Below the pieces are notes generated by a model. That model was not told where the DNA came from and searched no databases. It was given only the letters and a program-made list of their open reading frames with translations. This document shows positions 10,931 to 20,445 of a stretch of DNA of 64,000 nt, piece by piece (position 1 is the first letter of the stretch; each line of letters starts with the position of its first letter). Source of the stretch: an uncultured Acidimicrobiales bacterium (GTDB taxonomy: Bacteria > Actinomycetota > Acidimicrobiia > Acidimicrobiales > UBA10347); assembly GCA_943788915.1 (NCBI GenBank), contig CALSSD010000002.1, positions 60,265 through 124,264 on the forward strand. Reading direction: 5' to 3'. A program made the translations under genes and the position numbers.

Positions 10931-12307
10931 CTAGTGCTGGCCCTCAAGCCATTGACCGACCCGATCGACGATCTGGTCGACTCGACCCAGCAAGTCGTCG
11001 AGGACGTCGCGATCGGCGATAAGCGGCGGCGACAGAATCAGCATGGTTGCGCCGCGATCGTCGGGGCGAATCATCACCTTGGCATCGCGCACAAACCCAG
11101 CCATGACACCCGTCTGTAGCGCCTTGGCTTCTTCGTCGGAAAGTGGCACCCGATTCGGGCCGTCTTTCCAGAACTCAACTGCGTAGAAGTAGCCGGTGCC
11201 GCGAACATCGCCCAGGCATTTGTGGGTGGCCATGATCTGATGCAGGCCGTTCTTGAAGTAGTCCTCGTTGTTGAGGACATTATCGAAGACCTTTTCGTCC
11301 TGCATGGCCCGCATGTTGGCCACGGCGACCGCGGTCGCGACAGGATGGCCGCCGAACGTTGACCCGTGATTGAAGAAGCCGGCCTCGGAGTCCCACACGG
11401 CCTCGACCAGCGGGCGTCGAATCATCACGCCGCCGAGCGGCTGATAGGCACTGGTCACGCCCTTCGCAAACGTGATCATGTCTGGCACCACACCGAAACG
11501 TTCACTACCGGTGAAGTGGCCCAAACGCCCGAATGCATTGATGACCTCGTCGGCGCACAACAAGATCCCGTACTTGTCGCACAACTTGCGCAGTTCCTGC
11601 CAATAACCAGCGGGTGGCACTACACAGCCACGTCCGTTCTGCACCGGCTCAGCGATAACCAACGCAACGGTCTCGGGGCCCTCGGCCAGGATCCGTGCCT
11701 CGATGGCCTTGACGCTTGCCAGGTCAGCGGCGGTTCCGCCCGCAGGAATCTCGTCGTCGCAGGTGTTCATGACATGGTGCACGCCGTCCCACATCATGGG
11801 GGCGAAGACTTCTTTGAATTTGGGGATGCCGGTCACGGCCAGAGCGCCCAGGGTGGTGCCGTGATAGGCCCACTCGCGAGAGATGACCTTGTAACGGCCC
11901 GTGTCGCCCTGGCTCACGTGATAGTTACGAGCGAACTTGAGGGCCGACTCGACTGCTTCGGAACCTGAATTCACGAAGAACACTTCGTCGATGTCACCAG
12001 GTGCGTTCTCAGCGATGATGGTCGCTGCTTCGATGGCCGGCGGATGTGAGAAACCCCATGTGGGGAAGAAGGCCAACTTCTCCATCTGTTTCATCGCCGC
12101 GGCAGCAAAGTCTTGCCGACCATGGCCCATGTTCGTGCAGAAGAGGCCAGCAAGGCCATCGAGGTACTTCGTACCGTCGGTATCCCATACGTAGCAGCCC
12201 TCACCCCGGTCGATAATCGCGTGTTGGTCCGACTTCCAGGCAGCGCCCTTGGTGAAGTGGGGCATCAGATGCGCCTTCGCCTGGTCGATCGTTGGTGAAT
12301 GCATCAC
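10931..12307 (-). CDS. Class III (omega) aminotransferase, PLP-dependent
   Basis: 458-aa ORF with 'FVNSGSEAVESALKFAR' and 'LLCADEVINAFGRLG...DMITFAKGVTS' (PLP-Lys context). Confidence 0.9.
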   Translation of the reverse strand: MMHSPTIDQAKAHLMPHFTKGAAWKSDQHAIIDRGEGCYVWDTDGTKYLDGLAGLFCTNMGHGRQDFAAAAMKQMEKLAFFPTWGFSHPPAIEAATIIAENAPGDIDEVFFVNSGSEAVESALKFARNYHVSQGDTGRYKVISREWAYHGTTLGALAVTGIPKFKEVFAPMMWDGVHHVMNTCDDEIPAGGTAADLASVKAIEARILAEGPETVALVIAEPVQNGRGCVVPPAGYWQELRKLCDKYGILLCADEVINAFGRLGHFTGSERFGVVPDMITFAKGVTSAYQPLGGVMIRRPLVEAVWDSEAGFFNHGSTFGGHPVATAVAVANMRAMQDEKVFDNVLNNEDYFKNGLHQIMATHKCLGDVRGTGYFYAVEFWKDGPNRVPLSDEEAKALQTGVMAGFVRDAKVMIRPDDRGATMLILSPPLIADRDVLDDLLGRVDQIVDRVGQWLEGQH

Positions 12308-12469
12308 TCCCCCTGTGGACTGGACATTATGTTCGCGAGTGGACTGCGGAGTGTGACCGTATCACCATCTTGTTAGATCGTCTAGCTTGAATGTTACGGA
12401 CACTAACTTGGGCTTCTCCGCCTAGGTTGAACCGAGTGTGCCGACCGAGAGCCTTGGAGCATCAAGAAC

Positions 12470-14942
12470 ATGCGTGAACTCCCCATGAACGCCAAGATCG
12501 TCATCGTTGGCGGCGGCATCGTAGGTGCAAGCGTCGCCTACCACCTGGCAGCGAAGGGTGTTGCCGACGTCGTCCTACTCGAACAAAACACCATGACCAG
12601 CGGCACCACATGGCATGCCGCTGGCTTGGTCGGGCAGCTCCGAGCGACCCAGAACATGACTCGGCTTGCTTCTTACGGTGCCGAGCTCTACGAACAACTC
12701 GAACTCGACGGGTTCCCTACCGGCTTCAAGCGCACCGGTTCGATCGCTGTTGCCAACAACGAGGAACGGCTCGAAGAACTCGTGCGGGGCGCCGACATGG
12801 CCAGCTGCTTCGACATCGATATCCAACACGTCGACGTCGACACATTGGCGAGTCATTGGCCGCTCATGCACACCGACGACTTGATCGGCGGCGTGTGGGT
12901 CCCCCGCGATGGCCAAACCAGCCCGGTCGACACCACCATGGCACTGGCAAACGCCGCCAAACAGATGGGCGCCCGGATCTTCGAGAACACCGGCGTTGCC
13001 GAAATTATGACCACTGGTGGCAGTGGTTCTGCTGGCAGGGGTTCTGGTCGCAGGGCCACTGGGGTCCGCACCACCGACGGTCACGAGATCACTGCCGATG
13101 CTGTTGTCACCTGTGCCGGACTCTGGTCTCGTCATCTCGCAGCCAAGGCTGGTGCGAGTATTCCGCTGCACGGCTGCGAGCACTTCTACCTCGTGACCGA
13201 ACACATCGAGGGCCTCGGACAGGGATTGCCGACGCTTCGAGATCCTGGCAGTAACACCTACATCAAGGAAGAGACCGGACGGATCCTGGTCGGCTTCTTT
13301 GAGCCCGTAGCCAAACCAATTGATGCCCACGAGCTTCCCGACAAACCGTTCATCCAGCTCGAGGACGACTGGGACCATCTTGCGCCGCAGATCGAAGCGG
13401 CGATTCATCGCATGCCGATCATTGGCGAGACCGGCATTCGGCTGTTCTTCAACGGCCCCGAGAGTTTCACGCCCGACGATGCATACATCCTGGGTGAGAC
13501 GCCTGAACTTCGTGACCATTTCACTGCGAGTGGCTTCAACTCGGTAGGCATCCAGTCAGCCGCTGGTGCCGGCCGGGTGCTTGCAGATTGGATCGTCGAC
13601 GGACACCCCCCGATGGATCTGGGCGATGTCGACGTGCGTCGTTTCCACCCGTTCCAGGGCAATCGTAAGTACGTCCGCGACCGGGCAACCGAGACACTCG
13701 GCCTCCTCTACGAGATGCACTGGCCATATCGCCAGAAGGAAACCAGTCGTGGTGCCCGCCGTTCGCCGCTGCACGACAAGCTGCTTGCTGCTGGCGCCTG
13801 CATGGGTGAGGCCACCGGTTGGGAACGCCCAAACTGGTACGCACCGACGCCAGAAGAGGCGAAGTACGAGTACTCGTACAAACGCCAGAATTGGTTTGAT
13901 CACTCCGCCGCCGAGCACACCGCTGCTCGCGACAACGTCGCGCTGTTTGACCAGACATCGTTCTCGAAGTTCGAGGTTCAGGGTCCTCGCGCGGTCGCAG
14001 CAATGAATCGCATCTGCGCGAACGATGTCGACGTCGCCCTTGGCGCGTCGGTCTACGGCGCATGGCTAAACGAACGAGGCGGCATCGAGGCTGACCTGAC
14101 CGTGACTCGCACCGGCGAAAACTAAGTTCTTCGTAGTGACCGCCGCGGCCACCCAAACTCGCGACTTCGATTGGCTTACCAAGAATTTGCCAGCCAACGG
14201 TTCCGTTATGGCTACTGACGTGACCTCTGCATACACCGCGTTGGCGGTCATGGGTCCGAACTCGCGCACCTTCCTCCAGTCTGTGACCGACTCCGACTTG
14301 AGTAACGAAGCGTTCCCGTTCGGCACGTCGCAGCAGATCGAGATTGGCTACGCAACGGCAACCGCACTGCGTATGACGTACGTCGGCGAGCTCGGCTGGG
14401 AACTCTATGTACCGAGCGAATTCGCCGCCCACGTGTTCGAGACACTCACCACAGCCGGGGTCGTCCACGATCTGAAGTTGGCTGGTTATCACGCCCTCGA
14501 TTCGCTACGACTCGAAAAGGGTTACCGCCACTGGGGCCACGACATCACCGACGAAGACACGCCGCTCCAGGCAGGCCTGTCGTTTGCAGTCGCATGGGAC
14601 AAGCCGGGTGGTTTCATCGGACGCGACGCGCTGCTCGCCCAGAAGGAAGCCGGTCTCGACCGCCGTCTCGTGCAGTTCAAACTCGATGACCCGGAACCGC
14701 TGCTCTACCACGACAATCCCATCTTTCGAAATGGCGAACTCGTGGGCAACACAACGTCTGGTAACTACGGGCACACCGTCGGCTCGGCACTCGGCATGGG
14801 GTACGTGAAGTCGCCCGTCGATATGCCTCGGGCCGACGTCATCGACGCAACCTTCGAGCTACAAGTCAACGGCGAGCGTTACCCCGCCACCGCCAGCTAC
14901 CGCCCGTTCTACGATCCAACGTCACAACGCACCCGCCTCTGA
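12470..14942 (+). pseudogene. FAD-dependent oxidoreductase fused to a GcvT aminomethyltransferase domain (dimethylglycine/sarcosine dehydrogenase-like); frame broken at AAAA run 14118-14121 (probable sequencing error)
   Basis: 'IVIVGGGIVGASVAYHLA' dinucleotide fold. The first ORF stops at 14125 after 'ADLTVTRTGEN'. The next frame continues 'KFFVVTAAATQTRDFDWL...YVGELGWELYVP...' to 14942. Confidence 0.85.
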
Positions 14943-14972
14943 ACTAACGAATCGGTGCCAGGCACCTGTTCG

Positions 14973-16109
14973 TTAGTTGGGTTCGATGGCGGTCAGTGTG
15001 GATGCCAGGGTGTCGACTGTGCGGTCGATGTTCTTGAGCTTGTCCAGACCAAACAGACCGAGACGGAAGGTCGAGAAACCCTCGGGTTCGTCGACCTGCA
15101 GCGGCACACCTGCGGCGATCTGCATACCTTGGGCGACAAAGGCCGAACCGTTCTTGATGTTCGGGTCGGTGGTGTAACTCACGGTCACGCCAGGAGCGCC
15201 AAAGCCATCGGCGGCGACACTCTTGAACCCGTGATCGTTGAGAACCGTGCGGACTCGATCGCCAAGAACTTGTTGTGCCATTTTGGCTTCGGAGTAACCA
15301 AACGCCTTTGTCTCCAAGACCACATCGCGGAATGCCCGCAGAGCGTCGGTCGGCATGGTTGCGTGGTACGCGTGCCCACCGTTCAGGTAGGCATCCATGA
15401 TCGAATGCCACTTCTTGAGGTCACACGAGAAGCTCGTGCTTGTGGTTTCGCCCATACGGGCAACTGCGGCATCGCTGAGCATGACCAGGCCTGCGCACGG
15501 TGGGCCACTCCAGCCCTTCTGGGGGGCGGAACACAGGATGTCCACACCAAGTGCCTGCATGTCAACCCAGATCGCTCCTGATGCAATGCAATCGAGTGCG
15601 AACAGTGCTCCCACATCGTGGGCTGCGGCAGCCACCTGGGAGATGTAGCCGTCGGGCAGGATCATGCCTGCCGACGTTTCGACATGGGGTGCAAACACCA
15701 CCGCGGGCTTGTCCGCCTTGATCCGGGCAACCACATCTTCGATCGGGTGGGGCGCAAACGACGGCGCTGCTGCATCGTCGTCGACGGGGAGTGCCTTCAA
15801 CACGATCTCTTCAGACGGGATGGAGCCCTGCTCAAAGATCTGTGACCAGCGATAACTGAACCAGCCGTTGCGGATTACCAGGACCTTGGTGTCGGTCGCG
15901 AACTGGCGAGCGACAGCTTCCATCCCAAATGTGCCGCTGCCGGGAACCACTACAGCCGAGGCTGCGTTGTAGACCGAGGTCAGTTCGGCATGGATATCGC
16001 GCATCACCTGTTGGAAGGATTGCGACATGTGGTTGACGGCGCGATCGGTGTAAACCACCGAGTACTCCATCAAGCCGTCGGGGTCTACATCTGGCAGCAA
16101 GCCGGGCAT
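14973..16109 (-). CDS. Class V aminotransferase (alanine-glyoxylate / serine-pyruvate aminotransferase-like)
   Basis: 378-aa ORF with 'VVPGSGTFGMEA' and 'CSAPQKGWSGPPCAGLVMLS' (PLP-Lys region). Confidence 0.8.
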   Translation of the reverse strand: MPGLLPDVDPDGLMEYSVVYTDRAVNHMSQSFQQVMRDIHAELTSVYNAASAVVVPGSGTFGMEAVARQFATDTKVLVIRNGWFSYRWSQIFEQGSIPSEEIVLKALPVDDDAAAPSFAPHPIEDVVARIKADKPAVVFAPHVETSAGMILPDGYISQVAAAAHDVGALFALDCIASGAIWVDMQALGVDILCSAPQKGWSGPPCAGLVMLSDAAVARMGETTSTSFSCDLKKWHSIMDAYLNGGHAYHATMPTDALRAFRDVVLETKAFGYSEAKMAQQVLGDRVRTVLNDHGFKSVAADGFGAPGVTVSYTTDPNIKNGSAFVAQGMQIAAGVPLQVDEPEGFSTFRLGLFGLDKLKNIDRTVDTLASTLTAIEPN

Positions 16110-16136
16110 ATCAGGGCCTCGTTAGTTCAGTGCGCC

Positions 16137-17252
16137 TCAGGCGAGGGCGTCGAGCGGTGCGACATAGTCGTAGCCGAGTGCTTCGGCGACAGCCAAGTCG
16201 GTGATCTTTCCGTTGGCCACGTTAAGGCCATTACGGAGGTGTTCGTCGGCTGCAAGGGCAGCTTTTGCACCCTTGTTTGCGAGGGCAACCACGAACGGCA
16301 GCGTCTCGTTGTTTAGCGCGTAGGTCGAGGTACGGGGAACCGCTCCGGGCATGTTGGCCACGCAGTAGTGCACAACATCGTGGACCAGGAAGGTAGGAGC
16401 AGCGTGGGTCGTTGCCTTCGAGGTCTCCATGCAGCCGCCTTGGTCGATGGCAACATCGACGAGTACCGACCCTTTGCGCATTGCCTTAACCATCTCTTCG
16501 GTCACGATCTTGGGCGCTTTGGCACCCGGGATCAGCACCGCACCGACAACAAGGTCTGCGTCGGTCACGAAGTCCCAGGTCGTCGCTGCGTTGCTGTGCA
16601 CCGTGCGCAGGTTCGTACCGAATCGTTTCGCGAGCCGATCGAGTGCGTCGCCGCTGCGATCAAGCACCGTGACATCGGCACCCATGCCGACCGCCATCTC
16701 GATGGCGTTCTCACCAACGACACCACCACCGATGACAACAACCTTTGCCGGCGGCACACCTGGGACCCCACCAAGCAACAGTCCTGCGCCACCTTGGGTC
16801 GACTCGAGATGATGGGCCCCAGCCTGAATGCTCATGCGCCCGGCGACCTTCGACATCGGAGCGAGCAACGGAAGCCCACCTCGGGCCGCAGTCACCGTCT
16901 CATAGGCGATACAGGTTGCGCCACTCGCGACGAGGTCCTGAGTCTGCGCTGCGTCTGGGGCCAGGTGCAGATAGGTGAAGAGCAGATGGCCCGACGTAAG
17001 CATGGCCCGTTCAACCGCCTGGGGTTCCTTGACCTTCACGATCATCTCGGCACCACCGAACACCGCTGCAGCGTCGGCTGCAATCGTTGCGCCAGCAGTC
17101 TCGTAGTCGCTGTCTTCGGCCCCGATGCCAAGACCTGCACCACTCTGCACGATCACGTCGTGACCATGGTTGGTCAACTCATTGGCGCTCGACGGCGTGA
17201 GGCCGACTCGTCGTTCATCTGGCTTGATTTCGGTGGGTACGCCAACGATCAC
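16137..17252 (-). CDS. ald: Alanine dehydrogenase
   Basis: 371 aa from a GTG start. '[20 protein letters not shown]', '[13 protein letters not shown]' and '[16 protein letters not shown]' are collinear with Ald. Confidence 0.95.
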   Translation of the reverse strand: MIVGVPTEIKPDERRVGLTPSSANELTNHGHDVIVQSGAGLGIGAEDSDYETAGATIAADAAAVFGGAEMIVKVKEPQAVERAMLTSGHLLFTYLHLAPDAAQTQDLVASGATCIAYETVTAARGGLPLLAPMSKVAGRMSIQAGAHHLESTQGGAGLLLGGVPGVPPAKVVVIGGGVVGENAIEMAVGMGADVTVLDRSGDALDRLAKRFGTNLRTVHSNAATTWDFVTDADLVVGAVLIPGAKAPKIVTEEMVKAMRKGSVLVDVAIDQGGCMETSKATTHAAPTFLVHDVVHYCVANMPGAVPRTSTYALNNETLPFVVALANKGAKAALAADEHLRNGLNVANGKITDLAVAEALGYDYVAPLDALA

Positions 17253-17354
17253 GATGCCTCTACTCCTGCGGTCCTGCTTGTGAAGATCGTAGGAAAAACC
17301 GGCTGACGATGTCGTGCAAAGTTAGACGTCCCAACTGCCAGCTACACCCGATTC
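17253..17354. promoter_or_regulatory. Divergent ald / lrp promoter-operator region
   Basis: 102-bp spacer between divergent ald and an Lrp/AsnC gene. This arrangement matches the AldR-ald regulon known in mycobacteria. No site was mapped. Confidence 0.35.
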
Positions 17355-17852
17355 GTGCGCCATCGTCACAAACTGCGCAATACTTATGCAGTGGTCGATC
17401 TGGATAAGCTTGATATTGCAGTGCTCGATGAGTTGCAGGCCGATGGTCGCATGACGAGCGCCGAACTTGCCGACCGAGTTGGCCTCTCCCCTTCCGCAGC
17501 ACTTCGGCGGGTCCGTCGCCTCGAAGAAGCCGGTGTCATCGACCGCTATGTGATGCTGATCGACCCGGTTGCCATTGGGCGCACGGTCTCGGTCTTCATC
17601 GAGGTCTCGCTCAGCTCACAGTCAGAACATCTTCTCGATGAGTTCGAAGCCGCAATCGCCCAGACTCCCGAAGTCATGAGCTGTCATCTGATGGCCGGCG
17701 ACGCCGACTACCTGGTGCACGTGGTGTGTGTCGATGTCGCCGACTATGAGCGCATCCATCGCCAGACGTTGGCCAGCCTGCCCCATGTCTCCCGGCTCCG
17801 CACCAGCTTCTCGATTCGCGAAGTCTGCAACCGCACCAACTTCCAACTCTGA
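17355..17852 (+). CDS. Lrp/AsnC family transcriptional regulator
   Basis: 'LDKLDIAVLDELQADGRMTSAELADRVGLSPSAALRRVRRLEEAGVI' HTH plus a RAM/AsnC_trans_reg C-terminal domain. The start is uncertain. Confidence 0.9.
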   Translation: MRHRHKLRNTYAVVDLDKLDIAVLDELQADGRMTSAELADRVGLSPSAALRRVRRLEEAGVIDRYVMLIDPVAIGRTVSVFIEVSLSSQSEHLLDEFEAAIAQTPEVMSCHLMAGDADYLVHVVCVDVADYERIHRQTLASLPHVSRLRTSFSIREVCNRTNFQL

Positions 17853-17938
17853 GATACGTGATGCTGCAACTGGCAGCGACACCGATAGTCAGCGAAGCGG
17901 TCACAAGCTCCAACGCTGCGCACCCGTAAAGCAAATAA

Positions 17939-17973
17939 GGAGCCTGGTGTACCAAATAGGTACACCAGGCTCC
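17939..17973. terminator. Perfect 15-bp hairpin between convergent genes (bidirectional terminator candidate)
   Basis: GGAGCCTGGTGTACC-AAATA-GGTACACCAGGCTCC. On the minus strand it is followed by TTATTTGCTTT. Confidence 0.6.
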
Positions 17974-18004
17974 TAAGAAGCGTCGCTGGGTGGGTGGGTG
18001 TTGG

Positions 18005-19003
18005 TTATTCGGCTTCGGTCACGAAGTCGATGAGCTGTTCCACCGAGTTCACCAGTGGCGTTTCCACGTCTTTCCAGCTTGAAACCTTGCCCAGAATATG
18101 CTTCCAGAACTGGGGCGGGGCCGCGCCGATACCCAACCGCTTGAGCACGCCTTCTTTCCACTGCTCACCCATGGGAACCCTGGGCCAGGCGTCGATGCCG
18201 ATAGCGGCTGGCTTGATCGCCTCCCAGATATCGACATAGGGGTGCCCCAAGATCAGAACGTTTGGGTCGTCGACCTGAGCTGCAATACGGGTCTCTTTGG
18301 AGCCGTCGACGAGGTGGTCGAGCAACACGCCCAAACGCTGCGAATCGTTTGGCCCAAACTCGCGAACCATGGCAGCTAAATCGTCGGCGCCTTCGAGTTG
18401 CTCGACCACGATGCCCTCGTAGCGAAGGTCGTCGCCCCACACCCGTTCGATGAGTTCGGCATCGTGGATGCCTTCGACCCAAATACGACTAGGCCGAGCA
18501 ACTCGGGCGCTCGTGTCTTCTGCGGCAATCGAACCCGACGCAGTGACTGAGCTCGCAGCCTTCTTCGGAAGCAGCGGCGATCGCAGTGCAACGAGGTCGC
18601 CCTCGTGACGGAAGAACCCCGGCACAGGATCGAAACGGTGTTCAATGCCAAGTTGATCCTTGATCACGACGATCACGCCTTCAATGAACGACACCACCGG
18701 GCCACTGGTCTTCGAAGGAGTATGTTCGAGTCGCATTCCCGGTTCGACGAACAGCTCGCGTTTGGCCAGACCCTTACGGCGCGCATCATGCATGTCGTCG
18801 AGGGATTCAAGGATGCCACCACCGCCGCTTTGTGACATGACATCGTCTCGAGAACGAATCTTGTCTGGCGTCTCAACGAAGTCGTCGAGCGACTCTAAGA
18901 TTCCACCGCTAGCGCTGCCACGCGAACCTTCGCTCCGGGGTGGAGCCGTCTCGCGTGCCTCGCTCATGGCATCGAGCGGTTCAAGAATTCCGTCGTCAGG
19001 CAC
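18005..19003 (-). CDS. DUF3097 family protein with an N-terminal triple repeat
   Basis: C-terminal two-thirds ('IWVEGIHDAELIERVWGDDLRYEGIVVEQLEGADDL...GHPYVDIWEAIKP') matches the conserved actinobacterial DUF3097. Confidence 0.75.
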   Translation of the reverse strand: MPDDGILEPLDAMSEARETAPPRSEGSRGSASGGILESLDDFVETPDKIRSRDDVMSQSGGGGILESLDDMHDARRKGLAKRELFVEPGMRLEHTPSKTSGPVVSFIEGVIVVIKDQLGIEHRFDPVPGFFRHEGDLVALRSPLLPKKAASSVTASGSIAAEDTSARVARPSRIWVEGIHDAELIERVWGDDLRYEGIVVEQLEGADDLAAMVREFGPNDSQRLGVLLDHLVDGSKETRIAAQVDDPNVLILGHPYVDIWEAIKPAAIGIDAWPRVPMGEQWKEGVLKRLGIGAAPPQFWKHILGKVSSWKDVETPLVNSVEQLIDFVTEAE

Positions 19004-19066
19004 AACCAGAGATTAGGTCGTACCGGTGCACGTCAGAGGTTCATATCTGGCGTTCTGGTGTGCCCG

Positions 19067-20125
19067 TCAGGTGAGCGGGAAATATCCAGGCACCCGGTGC
19101 GGGTGGGTATCCAGATGCACCTTGGCCTCAGGTGCCCCCGAGAAACGCCCATGGGTCCAACGAATCTCAACATGCCCTTCGATCACGCACAGTTCATCGC
19201 CGACGGCCGCGTCGTTGTCGACATCGCGGGCGAGATCACGATCGAGTACCGCGGCCCGCCATCGGACCATCGGTTGGCCAGCAGACTCTGGCCAGGCATC
19301 AAACGACTTCAACTCGAAGCGGTTTCGGAAGTCCCACGGGGTGCCCACTCGGTAACGCAGAGGTTCGCCCGAGGTGGTTGCGCCCAACACGAAGTACGGC
19401 GCTGCTTGCAGCCGAAGTAACCGCCACAACATGGCTTCGCGTTCGCGTGCGGTACGCAAGGACGACCGCCATCGGTCTGCAGACGCAGTTGCGACGGCCA
19501 TCGAGAATTCTTCATAGAGTTGCTGAGATTTGTCCGGCAACCGGCCTCGTTTGGGCAGCGCAGCCTTGAGGCGTTTGCGGTCGCTGGTTTCGAGATCGGC
19601 GGCCAGCGCAGGTAGGGCCCGATAGTCGCGATCGAGTCCGGTGTCGACCAGGCATGCGGTGTACAACTCTTGGTACGCGTGGGGTGCGGTTGAAACGAAC
19701 CAATCGCTTCCTCGTTCCACACGTTTCTCTGCCAGTGCTCGGTCAAACAAATGGGATGGGCTTACGTTGTGCAGAATCGAACTGCCGTACTTGCACGAAA
19801 CTAGATACACATGATCGATGCGCAGGTCAGCCGGCACCTGCTCGTACCCCGGTGGTTTGTGCGGACCCTTCCACTCGACGCTCCACGGAGGTCGCCCCCG
19901 CAGGCCATCGTCGGCCCGAGCAAAGATGTGCCCGTTCTCCCATGCCGTTTCGAACTCGCGATCATGGGAACCCGCGGCACGTGCGTCGGTCAACCGTTCG
20001 TAGTGTTCGGTCTCTAGGTTGACCACGCTCATCGGCCGCACTCGCAGCGCTTCGTCGAGGTCGCGGAAGCCCAACATGGCTAAGCCAGTGACGATCTCGG
20101 TGATCTCGGTGCGTAGCGCGACCAT
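19067..20125 (-). CDS. Hypothetical protein; candidate nuclease partner of the upstream methyltransferase
   Basis: 352-aa ORF starting 2 nt after the preceding ORF in the same operon. I recognise no family. It contains a short PD-(D/E)XK-like string 'PADLRIDHVYLVSCK'. Confidence 0.55.
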   Translation of the reverse strand: MVALRTEITEIVTGLAMLGFRDLDEALRVRPMSVVNLETEHYERLTDARAAGSHDREFETAWENGHIFARADDGLRGRPPWSVEWKGPHKPPGYEQVPADLRIDHVYLVSCKYGSSILHNVSPSHLFDRALAEKRVERGSDWFVSTAPHAYQELYTACLVDTGLDRDYRALPALAADLETSDRKRLKAALPKRGRLPDKSQQLYEEFSMAVATASADRWRSSLRTAREREAMLWRLLRLQAAPYFVLGATTSGEPLRYRVGTPWDFRNRFELKSFDAWPESAGQPMVRWRAAVLDRDLARDVDNDAAVGDELCVIEGHVEIRWTHGRFSGAPEAKVHLDTHPHRVPGYFPLT

Positions 20126-20127
20126 CG

Positions 20128-20445
20128 TCAGCCGTCGCGGAAGAGTGCGGCGAACTGCAATTGTGCACCGATCAGATCTGCTGGCAGATCTTCGTTGGTA
20201 TACACGCTGCTATTCGAGTAGACGTCGATCCCAGTGCCAGTCTCACGGATCCAACTCACCACCGCGTCGCCCCATCGTTCCGCCAAGAGAGCATCGCGAA
20301 TCTCGGCTGCCCGTCCGTTCAGCAATCCAGCGTCGGTTCGGGCAACGACCTCGAGAGCCAATACTCGGTGCAAAGTGTCTAGGTCATCGGCGAGATAGAC
20401 AAGCGGTGGTTCGGCATGCACCACTGCGGTTGCGACGGCAGGCAT
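20128..20445 (-). CDS. Hypothetical small acidic protein (105 aa)
   Basis: Its ATG shares one base with the methyltransferase stop (TGATG, 20445). No HTH or other recognisable motif. Confidence 0.45.
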   Translation of the reverse strand: MPAVATAVVHAEPPLVYLADDLDTLHRVLALEVVARTDAGLLNGRAAEIRDALLAERWGDAVVSWIRETGTGIDVYSNSSVYTNEDLPADLIGAQLQFAALFRDG

